Shown piece after piece: positions 37,028 to 47,250 of a stretch of 64,000 nucleotides of DNA (the first letter of the stretch is position 1; the number at the start of each line of letters is the position of its first letter). The position numbers were made by a program, and so were the translations under genes. The stretch spans positions 512,001 through 576,000 of the forward strand of contig CAVXRD010000002.1 of NCBI GenBank assembly GCA_963764165.1. Reading direction: 5' to 3'. The notes under the pieces are model-generated. The model saw only the letters and a program-made list of their open reading frames with translations, was not told where the DNA came from and did not search any database. This stretch comes from an uncultured Verrucomicrobiae bacterium. GTDB taxonomy: Bacteria; Verrucomicrobiota; Verrucomicrobiia; Limisphaerales; Palsa-1400.

Positions 37028-37858
37028 GTGGCAATTATTCAAGACGTTGTGTTCGAAAGCATCCTTAACGTCTCCGGGCTGACGATTCGCCGGGGGCAAA
37101 CAGTTATTCTCGATGCCATCCACTGGCGTGTTGAACCTGGCCAGCACTGGGTCATTCTCGGCGCGAACGGTTCTGGAAAAACATCGCTGCTGGCCGCTTT
37201 GACCGGTTACTTGACGCCGTCGTCCGGGGAAGTTGAAGTTCTCGGGCATCGTTATGGCCGTTCCGATTGGCGGGAACTGCGCCAGCGCCTTGGATTAGTC
37301 AGTTCCGCCATCCGCCAAAGAATTCCCGACGACGAACCCGCCTTGGACACTGTTGCCAGCGGAAAATTTGCGATGATCGATTTCTGGGGCAAAATGACCG
37401 CCGCAGACCGCCGCCGCGCCGCGCGGATTTTAAAGCAGGTCGAATGCGAACCGCTGGCCTCGCGCCCATGGCTGTATCTGTCCCAAGGCGAGCGCCAGCG
37501 CGTCCTGATTGGCCGCGCTCTGATGGCCGAACCCGCGATTCTTATCCTGGACGAGCCGTGCGCCGGACTTGATCCGGCGGCGCGCGAACGGTTCCTTCAA
37601 TTCCTCCAGCGCCTCGGCCAGCAGAAGAACGGGCCGACGCTGGTACTGGTGACGCATCACGTCGAAGAAATCATGCCCGTCTTCTCACATGTGCTGATTT
37701 TGAAGAGCGCGAAAGTGATGAAATCGGGTGAATTAAAAACCGTCTTGACCTCCGCCGCGCTGTCCGCCGCCTTCAACGAAACCGCCCGCCTCCGCCGCAA
37801 AAACGGCAGATATCAACTCACACTGTCCCGTCAAACACAATGGAAGCTGGACTCTTGA
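37028..37858 (+). CDS. ABC transporter ATP-binding protein (ModF/YlmA-like); start uncertain
   Basis: GANGSGKT Walker A, LSQGE signature, ILDEP Walker B, VTHH. Confidence 0.92.
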   Translation: MAIIQDVVFESILNVSGLTIRRGQTVILDAIHWRVEPGQHWVILGANGSGKTSLLAALTGYLTPSSGEVEVLGHRYGRSDWRELRQRLGLVSSAIRQRIPDDEPALDTVASGKFAMIDFWGKMTAADRRRAARILKQVECEPLASRPWLYLSQGERQRVLIGRALMAEPAILILDEPCAGLDPAARERFLQFLQRLGQQKNGPTLVLVTHHVEEIMPVFSHVLILKSAKVMKSGELKTVLTSAALSAAFNETARLRRKNGRYQLTLSRQTQWKLDS

Positions 37859-37884
37859 CCCCAGCAGGCAGTCCTCGCTTCACT

Positions 37885-38748
37885 TCAACCCGTCGGGATG
37901 CGATTGGCCAGATCAACAAAAAATTCTTTTGACCAAAGCTCAACCTCGCGAGGGTCTTGCAGAAAAACCCGCACCTCATTGGCAGCCTCCCGGAAATTGA
38001 TTTCACCAAAGCGCTTTACGAGCAGAGCTTTTAAACTCTCCGTCGCAAGGGGTTCTCCCTTCCAGTATTTGGACTGGCGCATTCGGGCATCGAGGTGCTT
38101 CAAGTTGGGCACAACTTTTCGCCCCACATACCAGACGAAGTCATAATAATCCCGGCCCTTTACGCGGTTCTTCCACCCCCGGCACAAAACGGCGTGAAGC
38201 TTGCCAGCGAAAAGACTGCCCAGATCATAGAGCCTGACCTGGTAGGGAGTCGGCAAGATCTGGGAACGAAACTCGGTGCTGGCATCCGGCGGTGGCTGGA
38301 GATCCATCTCCAGCTTGATTCTAATTTTCTGATCCGAGTGCATTCTTCGCGCAAGCTCAGGAGGCGCGCCAATATAAAGCAGATTAAGCTGTGTGCTTCC
38401 TTTTAGAAATGCTGATTCAATCCCGGTTCGATTCCCCGATGAGCGACTCTCTGCTTCGAAAGTAAAACCCCAAGATTTCAGTTCGGTGCCAATGTCCGAT
38501 AGATACCGGTCAAGTCTAACGTCGGCGTTTGCTTCGAGCAGCGAAAAATCGAGATCCTCCGAGAATCGCCGCAGTCCGTGAAAGATTCTCAAAGCAGTGC
38601 CTCCATAAAAAGCGGCATTGGCGAAAAACCCCCTTCGCCACAGGCCGAGCAACGCCAGTTCTTGGACCACTTCACGCGCCGCATTCTGGTAATCAAGCTG
38701 AGTCTTTGGCTGGTAGGCAGCCAGCATGTCCCTTAGAGCGGAGTTCAT
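37885..38748 (-). CDS. abiEii: AbiEii-family nucleotidyltransferase toxin (type IV TA)
   Basis: FYGGTALRIFHGLRRFSEDLDF, KLHA and KGRDYYD motifs. Confidence 0.9.
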   Translation of the reverse strand: MNSALRDMLAAYQPKTQLDYQNAAREVVQELALLGLWRRGFFANAAFYGGTALRIFHGLRRFSEDLDFSLLEANADVRLDRYLSDIGTELKSWGFTFEAESRSSGNRTGIESAFLKGSTQLNLLYIGAPPELARRMHSDQKIRIKLEMDLQPPPDASTEFRSQILPTPYQVRLYDLGSLFAGKLHAVLCRGWKNRVKGRDYYDFVWYVGRKVVPNLKHLDARMRQSKYWKGEPLATESLKALLVKRFGEINFREAANEVRVFLQDPREVELWSKEFFVDLANRIPTG

Positions 38749-39371
38749 TTAACGAAACCTTTCTTCAACGCAAATTGCCGGAGCAACCGAACAGCGGGGC
38801 TGCCATAGTTGACTGCACAGGATGCAAGTTCGGCCTTGTCCAAGCTCGTTCCAAGATCAATTCTCATTCCTTCGAGCCAGCGGGCTACGTCAGGCAGTGA
38901 TCGGAAGCCCGCCTCGAGAGCAATACGGTCACAAAGACCCTTTGTGGGGCTGGCTATGAGAAAAGGCAGATCCAAGTTCGTCACGCGCCGGATTCCCACA
39001 GGATAAACCTCTTCCGGCACATGCCGGTAATGATAGCGTCCAAAGGCGTTCTCGAAACTGGCCGCACGCTTGGTGGTCGCTGAGATGCATTCAATAACGG
39101 CTTCCGGTATCATTCCGTGCCATGCAAGCGCCGTTTCAAAGCTGACGTAGGAAGGACCATAGATGGAACCAGCCAAGCAACGAGCATCAATGTTCGGCCG
39201 ATTCGCATAAAGTCCGCGACGCAGTTGAATCAGCTCGCCGGAGCTTAACATTCTCGCAATTTTCCCACGAACATCGGAAACATCGTGCAGCAAATGTCGC
39301 ATGCGAATCGTGTCCAAAAGCAAATCTTGGCCAACGTCGGACGGGTGCTCAATTGTCTGATTAGGATGCAT
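38745..39371 (-). CDS. abiEi: AbiEi-family antitoxin/transcriptional regulator
   Basis: LIQLRRGLY, PSYVSFETALAWHGMIPE and ASPTKGLCD motifs; 4-nt overlap with the toxin. Confidence 0.85.
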   Translation of the reverse strand: MHPNQTIEHPSDVGQDLLLDTIRMRHLLHDVSDVRGKIARMLSSGELIQLRRGLYANRPNIDARCLAGSIYGPSYVSFETALAWHGMIPEAVIECISATTKRAASFENAFGRYHYRHVPEEVYPVGIRRVTNLDLPFLIASPTKGLCDRIALEAGFRSLPDVARWLEGMRIDLGTSLDKAELASCAVNYGSPAVRLLRQFALKKGFVK

Positions 39372-39472
39372 TATTTTAACGAGATAGTTGCATTTTAGGC
39401 AACTTTCTTGTAAAAATCAAACGTTTTTTATATTGTGTCTAATTGCCTCAACGACCTTGCTGCGCGACCGCT

Positions 39473-40330
39473 CTACGGGGGAAAACCAAACGACATTTTG
39501 ACGACCGAGTACTCGGGATGAATCCGTCCCTCTGTGGTTCGAATGACTAGTGGCGGTTCCGTCCAGGGCCTTTCGCATGCGGTTGGAGGAAGATCGGTCG
39601 TTTTGGCCATGCAAAATAGACCCAACAACGGAGGCTCGGGCTCGCGCAGCGTCACCGGGCGCCATCGAATGATCGTCAAACCCGCCGTCGTCGCGGCGGC
39701 TTCGACCCGGCTTTTTTGCGCGGGCGGAATCACTGGAAATACGCACACAAAAACTCCGCCGGGGTTCAGCCGCAGCGCCGCGTTGGCGCAATAATCGGAG
39801 ACATCGCCGCGCATTTCAAAACGGCAGGCAATTTTCTGGGGATGGTCCCCTTCGACGCCGCTGCCCGGCGGAAAATAGGGCGGGCTGCCAAGTATTAAAT
39901 CGAACTTTTCCTCCAGAGGCAAAACGGAGCGATCGCGGAAATCGCCGTGACGGATTTCGTAGCGCGCCTCCAGCCCATTCCAACGAGCCGATTTCCGGGC
40001 CAGGCGCGCGCTTTCTTCCTGCGCTTCGACCGTGACAAACCTCGCGCCCGCCAGCCGCCAGGCGGCAATCATTCCCACGGCGCCCAGTCCGCTGCCAAGA
40101 TCAAGGACTCTTTGCGCGGTCGGACAACAGGTCGTGCCATACCATGCTGTCAAGACGTCATCTGTCGAAAACCGGTGGCCATCGGCCAGTTGAAAAAGCC
40201 GAAAGTAGCCGCTGATGGCATCCAATGTTTCACCCGGTTCCACGACTGGCCCGCCGCCGAGTGCGCCGGGCGGAATCGGTCCCGGTTTGGCCCAGCCTTT
40301 AAATAGAGGTTCGGTGTGATCGCCGCCCAT
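39473..40330 (-). CDS. SAM-dependent N6-adenine methyltransferase (tRNA1Val m6A37 TrmN6/YfiC-like)
   Basis: GHRFSTDD, VLDLGSGLG, VEAQ and SPPYF motifs. Confidence 0.8.
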   Translation of the reverse strand: MGGDHTEPLFKGWAKPGPIPPGALGGGPVVEPGETLDAISGYFRLFQLADGHRFSTDDVLTAWYGTTCCPTAQRVLDLGSGLGAVGMIAAWRLAGARFVTVEAQEESARLARKSARWNGLEARYEIRHGDFRDRSVLPLEEKFDLILGSPPYFPPGSGVEGDHPQKIACRFEMRGDVSDYCANAALRLNPGGVFVCVFPVIPPAQKSRVEAAATTAGLTIIRWRPVTLREPEPPLLGLFCMAKTTDLPPTACERPWTEPPLVIRTTEGRIHPEYSVVKMSFGFPP

Positions 40331-40347
40331 GCCAGCAAGGTCGTTCT

Positions 40348-40629
40348 TCAATCGCCCAAATCCTGCGGGCCGTAGCGCGACCATGCCCAGATTCCCGCGA
40401 TCAATGCCACCGCCGTCACGCTCATCCAAATCGCGGACGAAATAAAATACGAGATGCCGATCATCGCCAATCCGCCAAACCACGGCCCCGCTGAACGCTG
40501 CTTTTTTCCGTAGATTGAAAAGCCGATCCCAATCGAACCCCAAATCAACGAGGCGATCAGCGTTGCCGTGCTGAACGAAAACGGCATACTCGGCCCGTTC
40601 TGAAAAGAATTAAGTGCGTTGGTGTCCAC
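40348..40629 (-). CDS. Small membrane protein
   Basis: Three hydrophobic segments, GIGFSIYGKKQ motif. Confidence 0.7.
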   Translation of the reverse strand: MDTNALNSFQNGPSMPFSFSTATLIASLIWGSIGIGFSIYGKKQRSAGPWFGGLAMIGISYFISSAIWMSVTAVALIAGIWAWSRYGPQDLGD

Positions 40630-40650
40630 GATTTCCCTTGCAGCGCGCCG

Positions 40651-41418
40651 CTACTTGCTTATGCCGCGCTCGCTGGCGCGGACAAACTCTGTCAAATGCT
40701 TCAACTCCGGCAGCGCCGGCAGCGTTGATTCCATTTTTGATAGCGCGTTTGAAATGGTCAGGCCGTCGCGAAAAAGAATTTTGTAAGCCTGCTTGAGCGC
40801 GGCCTGGGCTTCCTCGGAAACGCCGTTGCGCTCCAATCCAACTTTGTTGATCGTGCGCGTGCAGGCGGGGTTTCCGTCGGCCAGCATGTAAGGCGGGACG
40901 TCCTGCACCACCTTCGAGCAGCCGCCGATGATCGCCATCGTCCCGATGCGGCAAAATTGATGCACCGCCGCCAATCCTCCGATGACCGCGCGATCCTCCA
41001 CCGTAATGTGCCCCGCCAGCGTCGCCACGTTGGACATGATGATGTGATTGCCCAGAGTGACATTATGCGCAATGTGGCAATAGGCCAGAATATGATTGTT
41101 CGATCCGACCGTCGTCACCTCGCCATCGCCCGTGGCGCTATGGATGGTGACGTATTCGCGAAACGTATTGTGGCTTCCGATCGCGGTGCGGGTGATGCCT
41201 CCCTTCCACTTCAAGTCCTGCGTTTTCAGCCCAATGCTCGCGAACGGGAAAATCTCGTTGCTCTCGCCCAGTGTCGTATGGCCATCAATGACAACGTGCG
41301 AATGAAGCTGGCATCGGTCGCCCAGCGTCACATGCTCGCCGATCACGCAATACGGGCCGATCTCGCATCCCTCGCCGATGCTCGCGTTTTTATGAATGAC
41401 AGCCGTCGGATGAATCAT
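40651..41418 (-). CDS. lpxA: UDP-N-acetylglucosamine O-acyltransferase LpxA
   Basis: MIHPTAVI start, hexapeptide repeats, QDLKW, HIAH, LAGH, VHQF and QDVPPY motifs. Confidence 0.96.
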   Translation of the reverse strand: MIHPTAVIHKNASIGEGCEIGPYCVIGEHVTLGDRCQLHSHVVIDGHTTLGESNEIFPFASIGLKTQDLKWKGGITRTAIGSHNTFREYVTIHSATGDGEVTTVGSNNHILAYCHIAHNVTLGNHIIMSNVATLAGHITVEDRAVIGGLAAVHQFCRIGTMAIIGGCSKVVQDVPPYMLADGNPACTRTINKVGLERNGVSEEAQAALKQAYKILFRDGLTISNALSKMESTLPALPELKHLTEFVRASERGISK

Positions 41419-41428
41419 GCCGATAAGA

Positions 41429-41507
41429 GGTAGGGACGCCTCGCCAAGGCGTTCGGGGGGTGGCATTTTTCACGCGCAACCGGACGCCTCGGCGAGGCGT
41501 CCCTGCC
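41429..41507. repeat. Intact GTAG-type REP pair between fabZ and lpxA
   Basis: GGTAGGGACGCCTCGCCAAGGCGTTCG and inverted CGGACGCCTCGGCGAGGCGTCCCTGCC. Confidence 0.85.
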
Positions 41508-41545
41508 TAAAATAACAACGATTTCCATAAGTTTCCGACAGCCGA

Positions 41546-42889
41546 TTAACTTCGCGCAAAAAGCATGAACGTCACTTCCGCTTCGCTGACGACTTCGCCG
41601 TTCACAAGACATGTGCCCTTCGCCTTGCCGATTTTCCCCCGCGATTTCGTCAACTCCACGTCGATATGCATCGTGTCGCCCGGCCGCACCGGCTTGCGCC
41701 AGCGGACGCTTTCAGCGGACATGAAGTAAGCCAGCTTGCCGAAGTTTTCGGCCTGGCGAAGCATCATCACTCCGGCCACCTGCGCAATCGCCTCCAGTTG
41801 CAGCACGCCCGGCATGATCGGCTGGTTCGGAAAATGCCCCTGAAAAAACGGCTCATTGATCGTCACGTTTTTCACACCAACGATTTTATTGCCATCAATC
41901 TTAATGATCTTGTCCACCATCAGGAACGGATAGCGGTGCGGCAAAACCTTCATCAAACGATCCGTGTCCAATTCCTCACCGTCGCGAATGACCACTGGTT
42001 CTCCGGGCGCGGATGGCGGCGGCGGTGGCGGCACAAAACTTTGCGCCGCTTCGATTGGCTTGCGCCTCTGGGCGGCAATCTGCCGGGCCACCTCGCAATT
42101 GGCCGCGTGGCTCGGTTTCACCGCCACGATGTGCGCCGCGATGGGGCAGCCGATCAGCGAAAGATCGCCGATGATGTCCAAAATCTTGTGCCGGACAAAC
42201 TCCTCCGGATAGCGCAATGGCTCGGTGGTCAGGATGGCATCATCCCGGATGACCACGGCGTTTTCCAGGCTGCCGCCTTTAATCAAGCCGCTTTTGATGA
42301 GGTATTCAATTTCCTCGAAGAAACAAAACGTCCGCGCGCTGGCCAAGTCACGCTCCCACGTCTCCGGCGTCACTTCGACGCTGAAAAACTGGGTGAAGCG
42401 GCCTTTGGAATCCGCGCTTGTGCAGGTGATTTTGAACGCTTCGTGCGGAAATACAGAAATCGTCGTGTCGTCCTTCTGAAAATAAATGGGCGACGTGACC
42501 TTGAACACTTCGCGCGGTTCGTCCTGCGCGGCAACACCGGCCGACTCGATCATCTTGACGTATTCCTGCGCGCTGCCATCGCCGATCGGCGGTTCATTGG
42601 CGTCCAATTCCACAATGGCGTTATCAACACCTCGTCCGGCAAAAGCGGCCAGAACGTGTTCAACGGTGAGGATTTTGGCATTACCCTTGGAAATGGCGGT
42701 GGAACGGTTGGTGGCGGAAACATTGCCAACGCAGGCTTCAATTTCCGGCTTTCCCTCCAGATCCACGCGCCGAAACCGAATCCCGGAATTAGGCGGAGCC
42801 GGCAGGAAGGTCATATTGACCCGGTTGCCGCTATGGAGTCCTATTCCCGCGAAACTCGCCGACTGCCGCAGAGTCTGTTGATGTAACAC
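41546..42889 (-). CDS. lpxC/fabZ: Bifunctional LpxC/FabZ
   Basis: GIGLHSG, TVEH, ARTF and RHKILD (LpxC), then poly-Pro linker, then LPHRYPFLMVD and FFQGHFP...MPGVLQLEA (FabZ). Confidence 0.96.
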   Translation of the reverse strand: MLHQQTLRQSASFAGIGLHSGNRVNMTFLPAPPNSGIRFRRVDLEGKPEIEACVGNVSATNRSTAISKGNAKILTVEHVLAAFAGRGVDNAIVELDANEPPIGDGSAQEYVKMIESAGVAAQDEPREVFKVTSPIYFQKDDTTISVFPHEAFKITCTSADSKGRFTQFFSVEVTPETWERDLASARTFCFFEEIEYLIKSGLIKGGSLENAVVIRDDAILTTEPLRYPEEFVRHKILDIIGDLSLIGCPIAAHIVAVKPSHAANCEVARQIAAQRRKPIEAAQSFVPPPPPPSAPGEPVVIRDGEELDTDRLMKVLPHRYPFLMVDKIIKIDGNKIVGVKNVTINEPFFQGHFPNQPIMPGVLQLEAIAQVAGVMMLRQAENFGKLAYFMSAESVRWRKPVRPGDTMHIDVELTKSRGKIGKAKGTCLVNGEVVSEAEVTFMLFARS

Positions 42890-43064
42890 CGCTGCATTTA
42901 GCCAACCCCGGCCCGGAAAGCCAATACGATTTTGCAGCCCATTCGAAGGACTACGGCGACCCGCTGCCGGTTTGCCCCGCGCCCGTTGACACCCCAAAGA
43001 GCGTCAATCATTCAGAGCAGAAGCCCAGTGTTCCAGCGCGCAGCGATAGCGATAGCCAGCCCAG

Positions 43065-43216
43065 CAATCCTGAAAGGATTGAATCATTCAGCCCACGGTT
43101 GGCCGATTCAGAGAGGCCTGCCCTGGGTAACGGCGTTCGAAGCCCACAACCCTGAAAGGGTTGAATCAGTCCCACAGATACCGTTCGTCCAACGCGATTT
43201 CGTGCCGCTGCAACAC
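43065..43216 (-). mobile_element. Remnant of an IS200/RAYT-like (Y1) element: two hairpin repeats plus transposase C-terminus
   Basis: CAATCCTGAAAGGATTGAATC (43065) and CAACCCTGAAAGGGTTGAATC (43147); minus strand 43216-43166 reads VLQRHEIALDERYLWD*. Confidence 0.6.
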
Positions 43217-43420
43217 CGTGACCCCTTTGACGTCGACGGCGCCACTCGCACCTTGCCAAGCGTGTCAAGGCGCTGGGCAATAAAGCCCGCAAAGGGTTCA
43301 ACGATATGGCCGAAGATCGAAGATCGACATTCGGCGGGCGCCGCGGATTCGACACCCCCGGGCGTTTTGGGACGCTTTGGCGCCGCATCTGTCGCGCATC
43401 GAGATGGACGACACGCAATG

Positions 43421-43470
43421 GAGTTTTCGGCGGGACGCCGAAGACGGCGGTCGGGACGACCGCGCTCCCC
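43421..43470. repeat. Single copy of the REP-like repeat seen at 17650-17699
   Basis: 47 of 50 nt identical. Confidence 0.85.
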
Positions 43471-43620
43471 TAATCTGTCTCACGCCCCACCCCAGACGGT
43501 TTGGCCGCTTTTATCTTGATGCGCGGCCCATGGCGGGCTACCCTGCTCAGCTATTAACCGTGGCAGATCTCATGCGACCCGTTCATCCGTGTTTCTGCCG
43601 GTTTGCCGCGCCAAATCATC

Positions 43621-46600
43621 ATGAGAGCCTTTCTGTTTCGGAAGACCCCCGCCGCCTTTTTCGCTTCTTTGTTTTGGGCTTTTGCCATGGCCACGGTGAA
43701 TGAACAAGCCGAGCCTGTTCTCGGCCCTGCCCCGTCGATGGCGCTTCCAGCCGCCGCGCCTGCCATGGCGAAGCCCGGCGCAACCACCCCTCGCAAGGAT
43801 GACGCCAATGGAAATGTGGTGTTCACGGTCAACGGTAATTCGCGCGAAGAGGTTAGGGAATTCTACAACGGGGTTTATCTGGCATCCGAAAATGTGCCGA
43901 TGGAGTCCACGGCAAATGACGCCAACTGCTTTCCCGGCACAAATTCCGCGGCTTTTCAAGATTCAATTCAATGGCGAATCAACTGGTTCCGCGCCTTGGC
44001 GGGAATCCCGGCGGACATCACGTTTTCCGATTCGGAAGCAACCAACTGCCAGTCCGCGGCGCTGATGCTATCTGTCAATAATATGCTGGCGCACTCAGGC
44101 GTGCCTTTAACCTGGTCTTGCTTTGCGACGAATGGAACGAACGCCCTGTCTGCATCCAATATCGCGCTTGGCCTCAATGGACCGGATGCCATCACTGGAT
44201 ACGTGTGGGATTACGGGATGGAGAATTACTTCGTCGGGCATCGGAGGTTTATTTTGTATCCGCAAACGCAGGTCATGGCCACTGGCGATGTTCCGGCTCA
44301 GGACGGCCACTTGCCCGCCAACGACACGTTCGTCATTGATTCCAATTACGGCGGGCCTCGGCCTGCCACCACGCATCCCTTCGTCGCCTGGCCACCGCCC
44401 GGCTACGTCCCCTATCAGGTCGTCTTTCCCCAATGGTCGTTCGCCATGGGGACGCCTGCGGATATCGCCCTGGCGGAGATCACGATGCTCAGCAACGGAG
44501 TGCCGATGGCTGTCCAGACACAGCGGTTTTCCGGCGATGACGGCGAGGACACGATCGTCTGGTATCCAGCGGGCTTGGATTATACGAGCTACAATGCGCG
44601 CTTCCCGTTCGATGGAAATGATACGGTTTACACAATTTCGATCTCCAACATTATCGAGCAGTCGGGCACGGTTTCTGTCACTTATTGCGTTACCAATTTT
44701 GATCCCGCCGTGCCGGGGCCGGACTATGTCCCGCCTGCGGTGACGGGCCCGGCTGTTGTCGCCACGAACCTGTCAAACAATTACTCCGTCACGCCGTCCG
44801 CCAATCCAAACACGACGGGTTATCAATGGCTGGTTGCTTCCCTGGTCAGCGGCAATCTCACGGACAATGCCACCAGCGGATTGAAGAATTTTACCATGTC
44901 GCCGGCGCCGTTGGCCTCCGTGATCTCGAATGCGCCGGTTGGCTCGGGAAAATGCTTTCATTTGACCCATCATGCGGACACCGCGCAACTGCTTGAATTC
45001 AACGAGACTGTTTTTCCGGCCACGAATACGACCCTGAAATTCCAGAGCTATCTGGGACTGTCAACCGCCAGCGAAGTCGCGCGCGTGCAGGTCTCGACCG
45101 ACGCGGGAAAAACGTGGACCGACATTTTCACGCAGGCCGGCCCGTCGGGCCAGTCTTCTTTCTCTTCCAAGACGTTGTCGCTGGCAAAGTACGCGGGCGA
45201 AATGACGCAAGTGCGCTTCAATTACGATTATATTGGCAGCGGCTCGTATTACTCGCAGACCGCGCCCGGCTTCGGATGGTCTATTCAAAATATCGCGCTG
45301 GCGAATGCCGGCCAATTGGTTGACAGCACGACGAACTATGCCACCTCCCCGCAGTTCACCTTCGTGCCGACCCAGCCGGGCAGTTGGGCGCTCTTGGCTC
45401 GGCCGGTGATTTTTGGGCTGTTTGGCCTCAATTGGTCGGCGGCCTTGGCGGTTGAAACCCCGCCTGCCATCACGTCACAGCCGGCCAATGTCACGGTGGC
45501 CGAGGGCGGAACGGCAACTTTTCGCGTCGGACTAACCGGACCCGGCACGTTTTCCTATCAATGGCAATTCAACGGAACGAACATCCCCGCCGCCACAAAT
45601 TCCGCTTGCGCGGTGAAAAATGCGCAGTTGTTCCAAGCCGGTTCTTACGATGTCGTCGTTGCCACCGGCATCGGCGGAGCGAGTGTCACAAGCTCCATCG
45701 CCACGCTGACGGTGACGCCAACTCTCGGAAAACTCCACATCACGGGGCAGCCACAAAGCATTTCCGCGCCCATTGGAGGCGAAGCTTTCTTTAGCGTCTC
45801 GGCGATCGGAGAATCCGCCCTCAGCTATCGATGGGCCAAAAACGGGGCGAGCCTTTCTGAAGAGGGCGAATTCAGCGGCACGACAAATCCCGTCCTTGCC
45901 ATGACTGGAGTTCAGCCAAGCGACGCTGGCAGTTATAGTGTCGTTATCTCAGATGATCGCGGAACAGTGAAAAGCGCGGCGGCCGTTTTAACCGTCGAGG
46001 CGGCAATTTCTGTCGTCGTTTCGGGCAACGGCACGGTCTCCCCAAATTACGGCGGCAAAACGCTGCCAGTCGGAAAGACCTACACGATGACAGCCAAGGC
46101 CGGCCCCGGCGCCATCTTCGCCGGCTGGGGAGGCGCGGTCATCACAAACTCGGCCGCCGCTAAATTCATCGTGGAAAGCAACATGAGTTTCACCGCCACG
46201 TTTGTGACGAATCCGTTCATCCCGCTTCAAGGATCGTATTATGGGCTCTTTTGGCCGGACGGTTCGCCGCGCAATCAGACCAACTCCGGCGCGGTCACTT
46301 TGACCGTGAGCAGCCAGGGAGCGCTTTCTGGAAAATTGACCATTGGAACAAACACACCATCGCTGACCGGCCAGTTTTCTCTCGACGGTTTGGCAACCAT
46401 CGTCACGCCACGCAAGGGATCATCCACTCTGACGACGACGCTCCAGTTGAATGCGGCTGAGCAGACAATTTCCGGCGCGATCACCGACGGTTCGTTTACT
46501 TCGAGCCTTCTTGCCAACCAGCAAGTCTTCAGCACAAAACATTCGGCCATTAATTACGCGGGAAAATACACACTGGTCATTCCCGGCCAGCCGATTTCAG

Positions 46601-47238
46601 CGGACGGCCCGTTCGGGGCAAGTTTCGGAACCGCGACGGTCGCCACCAGCGGCGCGATCACTTTCAGCGGCACGCTTGCGGACGGAACCGCCGTAAGCCA
46701 ATCGAGCTACGTTTCGGAGGATGGCTATTGGCCATTATACATTCCCCTTTACAGCGGCAACGGCTCGCTCCTGAGTTGGAATTATTTCGGTCCCAGCCGC
46801 GCCGCCATTGCCGCGGCGAATGCCTTCGGGCTTTCCGCGGACGCAAGCTGGATCTGCCTCACCAACAAGATCAAAACCTCCCTCTACCGCGCGGGCTTCA
46901 CCAACGATCCAACCCCGGTATACGCCTCAACCTACGCAAGCTCGAACACGGTGAATTTGACGAACGGCCAAGTCACCTTGTTGCTGGAAAACGGATTCAC
47001 CGACACCATCCCGGTCAACATCAGCAAAGGCAAAGTCACTCTCGCGGGGGCCAACACAAACAAATTATCGTTGACGATCAGCCCCAGCACAGGCGCCATC
47101 AGCGGCACCTTCACCAATGGCTCCAAGACGCCGATAAAAATCAGCGGAATGCTCCTGCAAAGCGGCACCAACGCCGCCGGCTATTTCAGCGTCTCGAACA
47201 CGCCGGGCCTTTTTCTGCTGAGGCCGCCGTCAGAGTAA
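43621..47238 (+). CDS. Large secreted protein with CAP/SCP-like domain and tandem Ig-like domains
   Basis: RINWFRALAG and VGHRRFIL (CAP-like); two ITxQP...YQW/YRW...AGSYxVV Ig repeats; Ser/Thr-rich beta C-terminus. Confidence 0.85.
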   Translation: MRAFLFRKTPAAFFASLFWAFAMATVNEQAEPVLGPAPSMALPAAAPAMAKPGATTPRKDDANGNVVFTVNGNSREEVREFYNGVYLASENVPMESTANDANCFPGTNSAAFQDSIQWRINWFRALAGIPADITFSDSEATNCQSAALMLSVNNMLAHSGVPLTWSCFATNGTNALSASNIALGLNGPDAITGYVWDYGMENYFVGHRRFILYPQTQVMATGDVPAQDGHLPANDTFVIDSNYGGPRPATTHPFVAWPPPGYVPYQVVFPQWSFAMGTPADIALAEITMLSNGVPMAVQTQRFSGDDGEDTIVWYPAGLDYTSYNARFPFDGNDTVYTISISNIIEQSGTVSVTYCVTNFDPAVPGPDYVPPAVTGPAVVATNLSNNYSVTPSANPNTTGYQWLVASLVSGNLTDNATSGLKNFTMSPAPLASVISNAPVGSGKCFHLTHHADTAQLLEFNETVFPATNTTLKFQSYLGLSTASEVARVQVSTDAGKTWTDIFTQAGPSGQSSFSSKTLSLAKYAGEMTQVRFNYDYIGSGSYYSQTAPGFGWSIQNIALANAGQLVDSTTNYATSPQFTFVPTQPGSWALLARPVIFGLFGLNWSAALAVETPPAITSQPANVTVAEGGTATFRVGLTGPGTFSYQWQFNGTNIPAATNSACAVKNAQLFQAGSYDVVVATGIGGASVTSSIATLTVTPTLGKLHITGQPQSISAPIGGEAFFSVSAIGESALSYRWAKNGASLSEEGEFSGTTNPVLAMTGVQPSDAGSYSVVISDDRGTVKSAAAVLTVEAAISVVVSGNGTVSPNYGGKTLPVGKTYTMTAKAGPGAIFAGWGGAVITNSAAAKFIVESNMSFTATFVTNPFIPLQGSYYGLFWPDGSPRNQTNSGAVTLTVSSQGALSGKLTIGTNTPSLTGQFSLDGLATIVTPRKGSSTLTTTLQLNAAEQTISGAITDGSFTSSLLANQQVFSTKHSAINYAGKYTLVIPGQPISADGPFGASFGTATVATSGAITFSGTLADGTAVSQSSYVSEDGYWPLYIPLYSGNGSLLSWNYFGPSRAAIAAANAFGLSADASWICLTNKIKTSLYRAGFTNDPTPVYASTYASSNTVNLTNGQVTLLLENGFTDTIPVNISKGKVTLAGANTNKLSLTISPSTGAISGTFTNGSKTPIKISGMLLQSGTNAAGYFSVSNTPGLFLLRPPSE

Positions 47239-47250
47239 TGGCTCGCCAGT

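Noticed and set aside
39473..40543. Longest-ORF N-terminal extensions (also at 48348, 50621, 53136, 55037, 56685, 60647 and 29334)
   Set aside because: They overlap neighbouring real genes or repeats; downstream starts fit the motifs and translational coupling better.
41546..42889. LpxC-FabZ fusion as a novelty
   Set aside because: Known bifunctional arrangement in several phyla.
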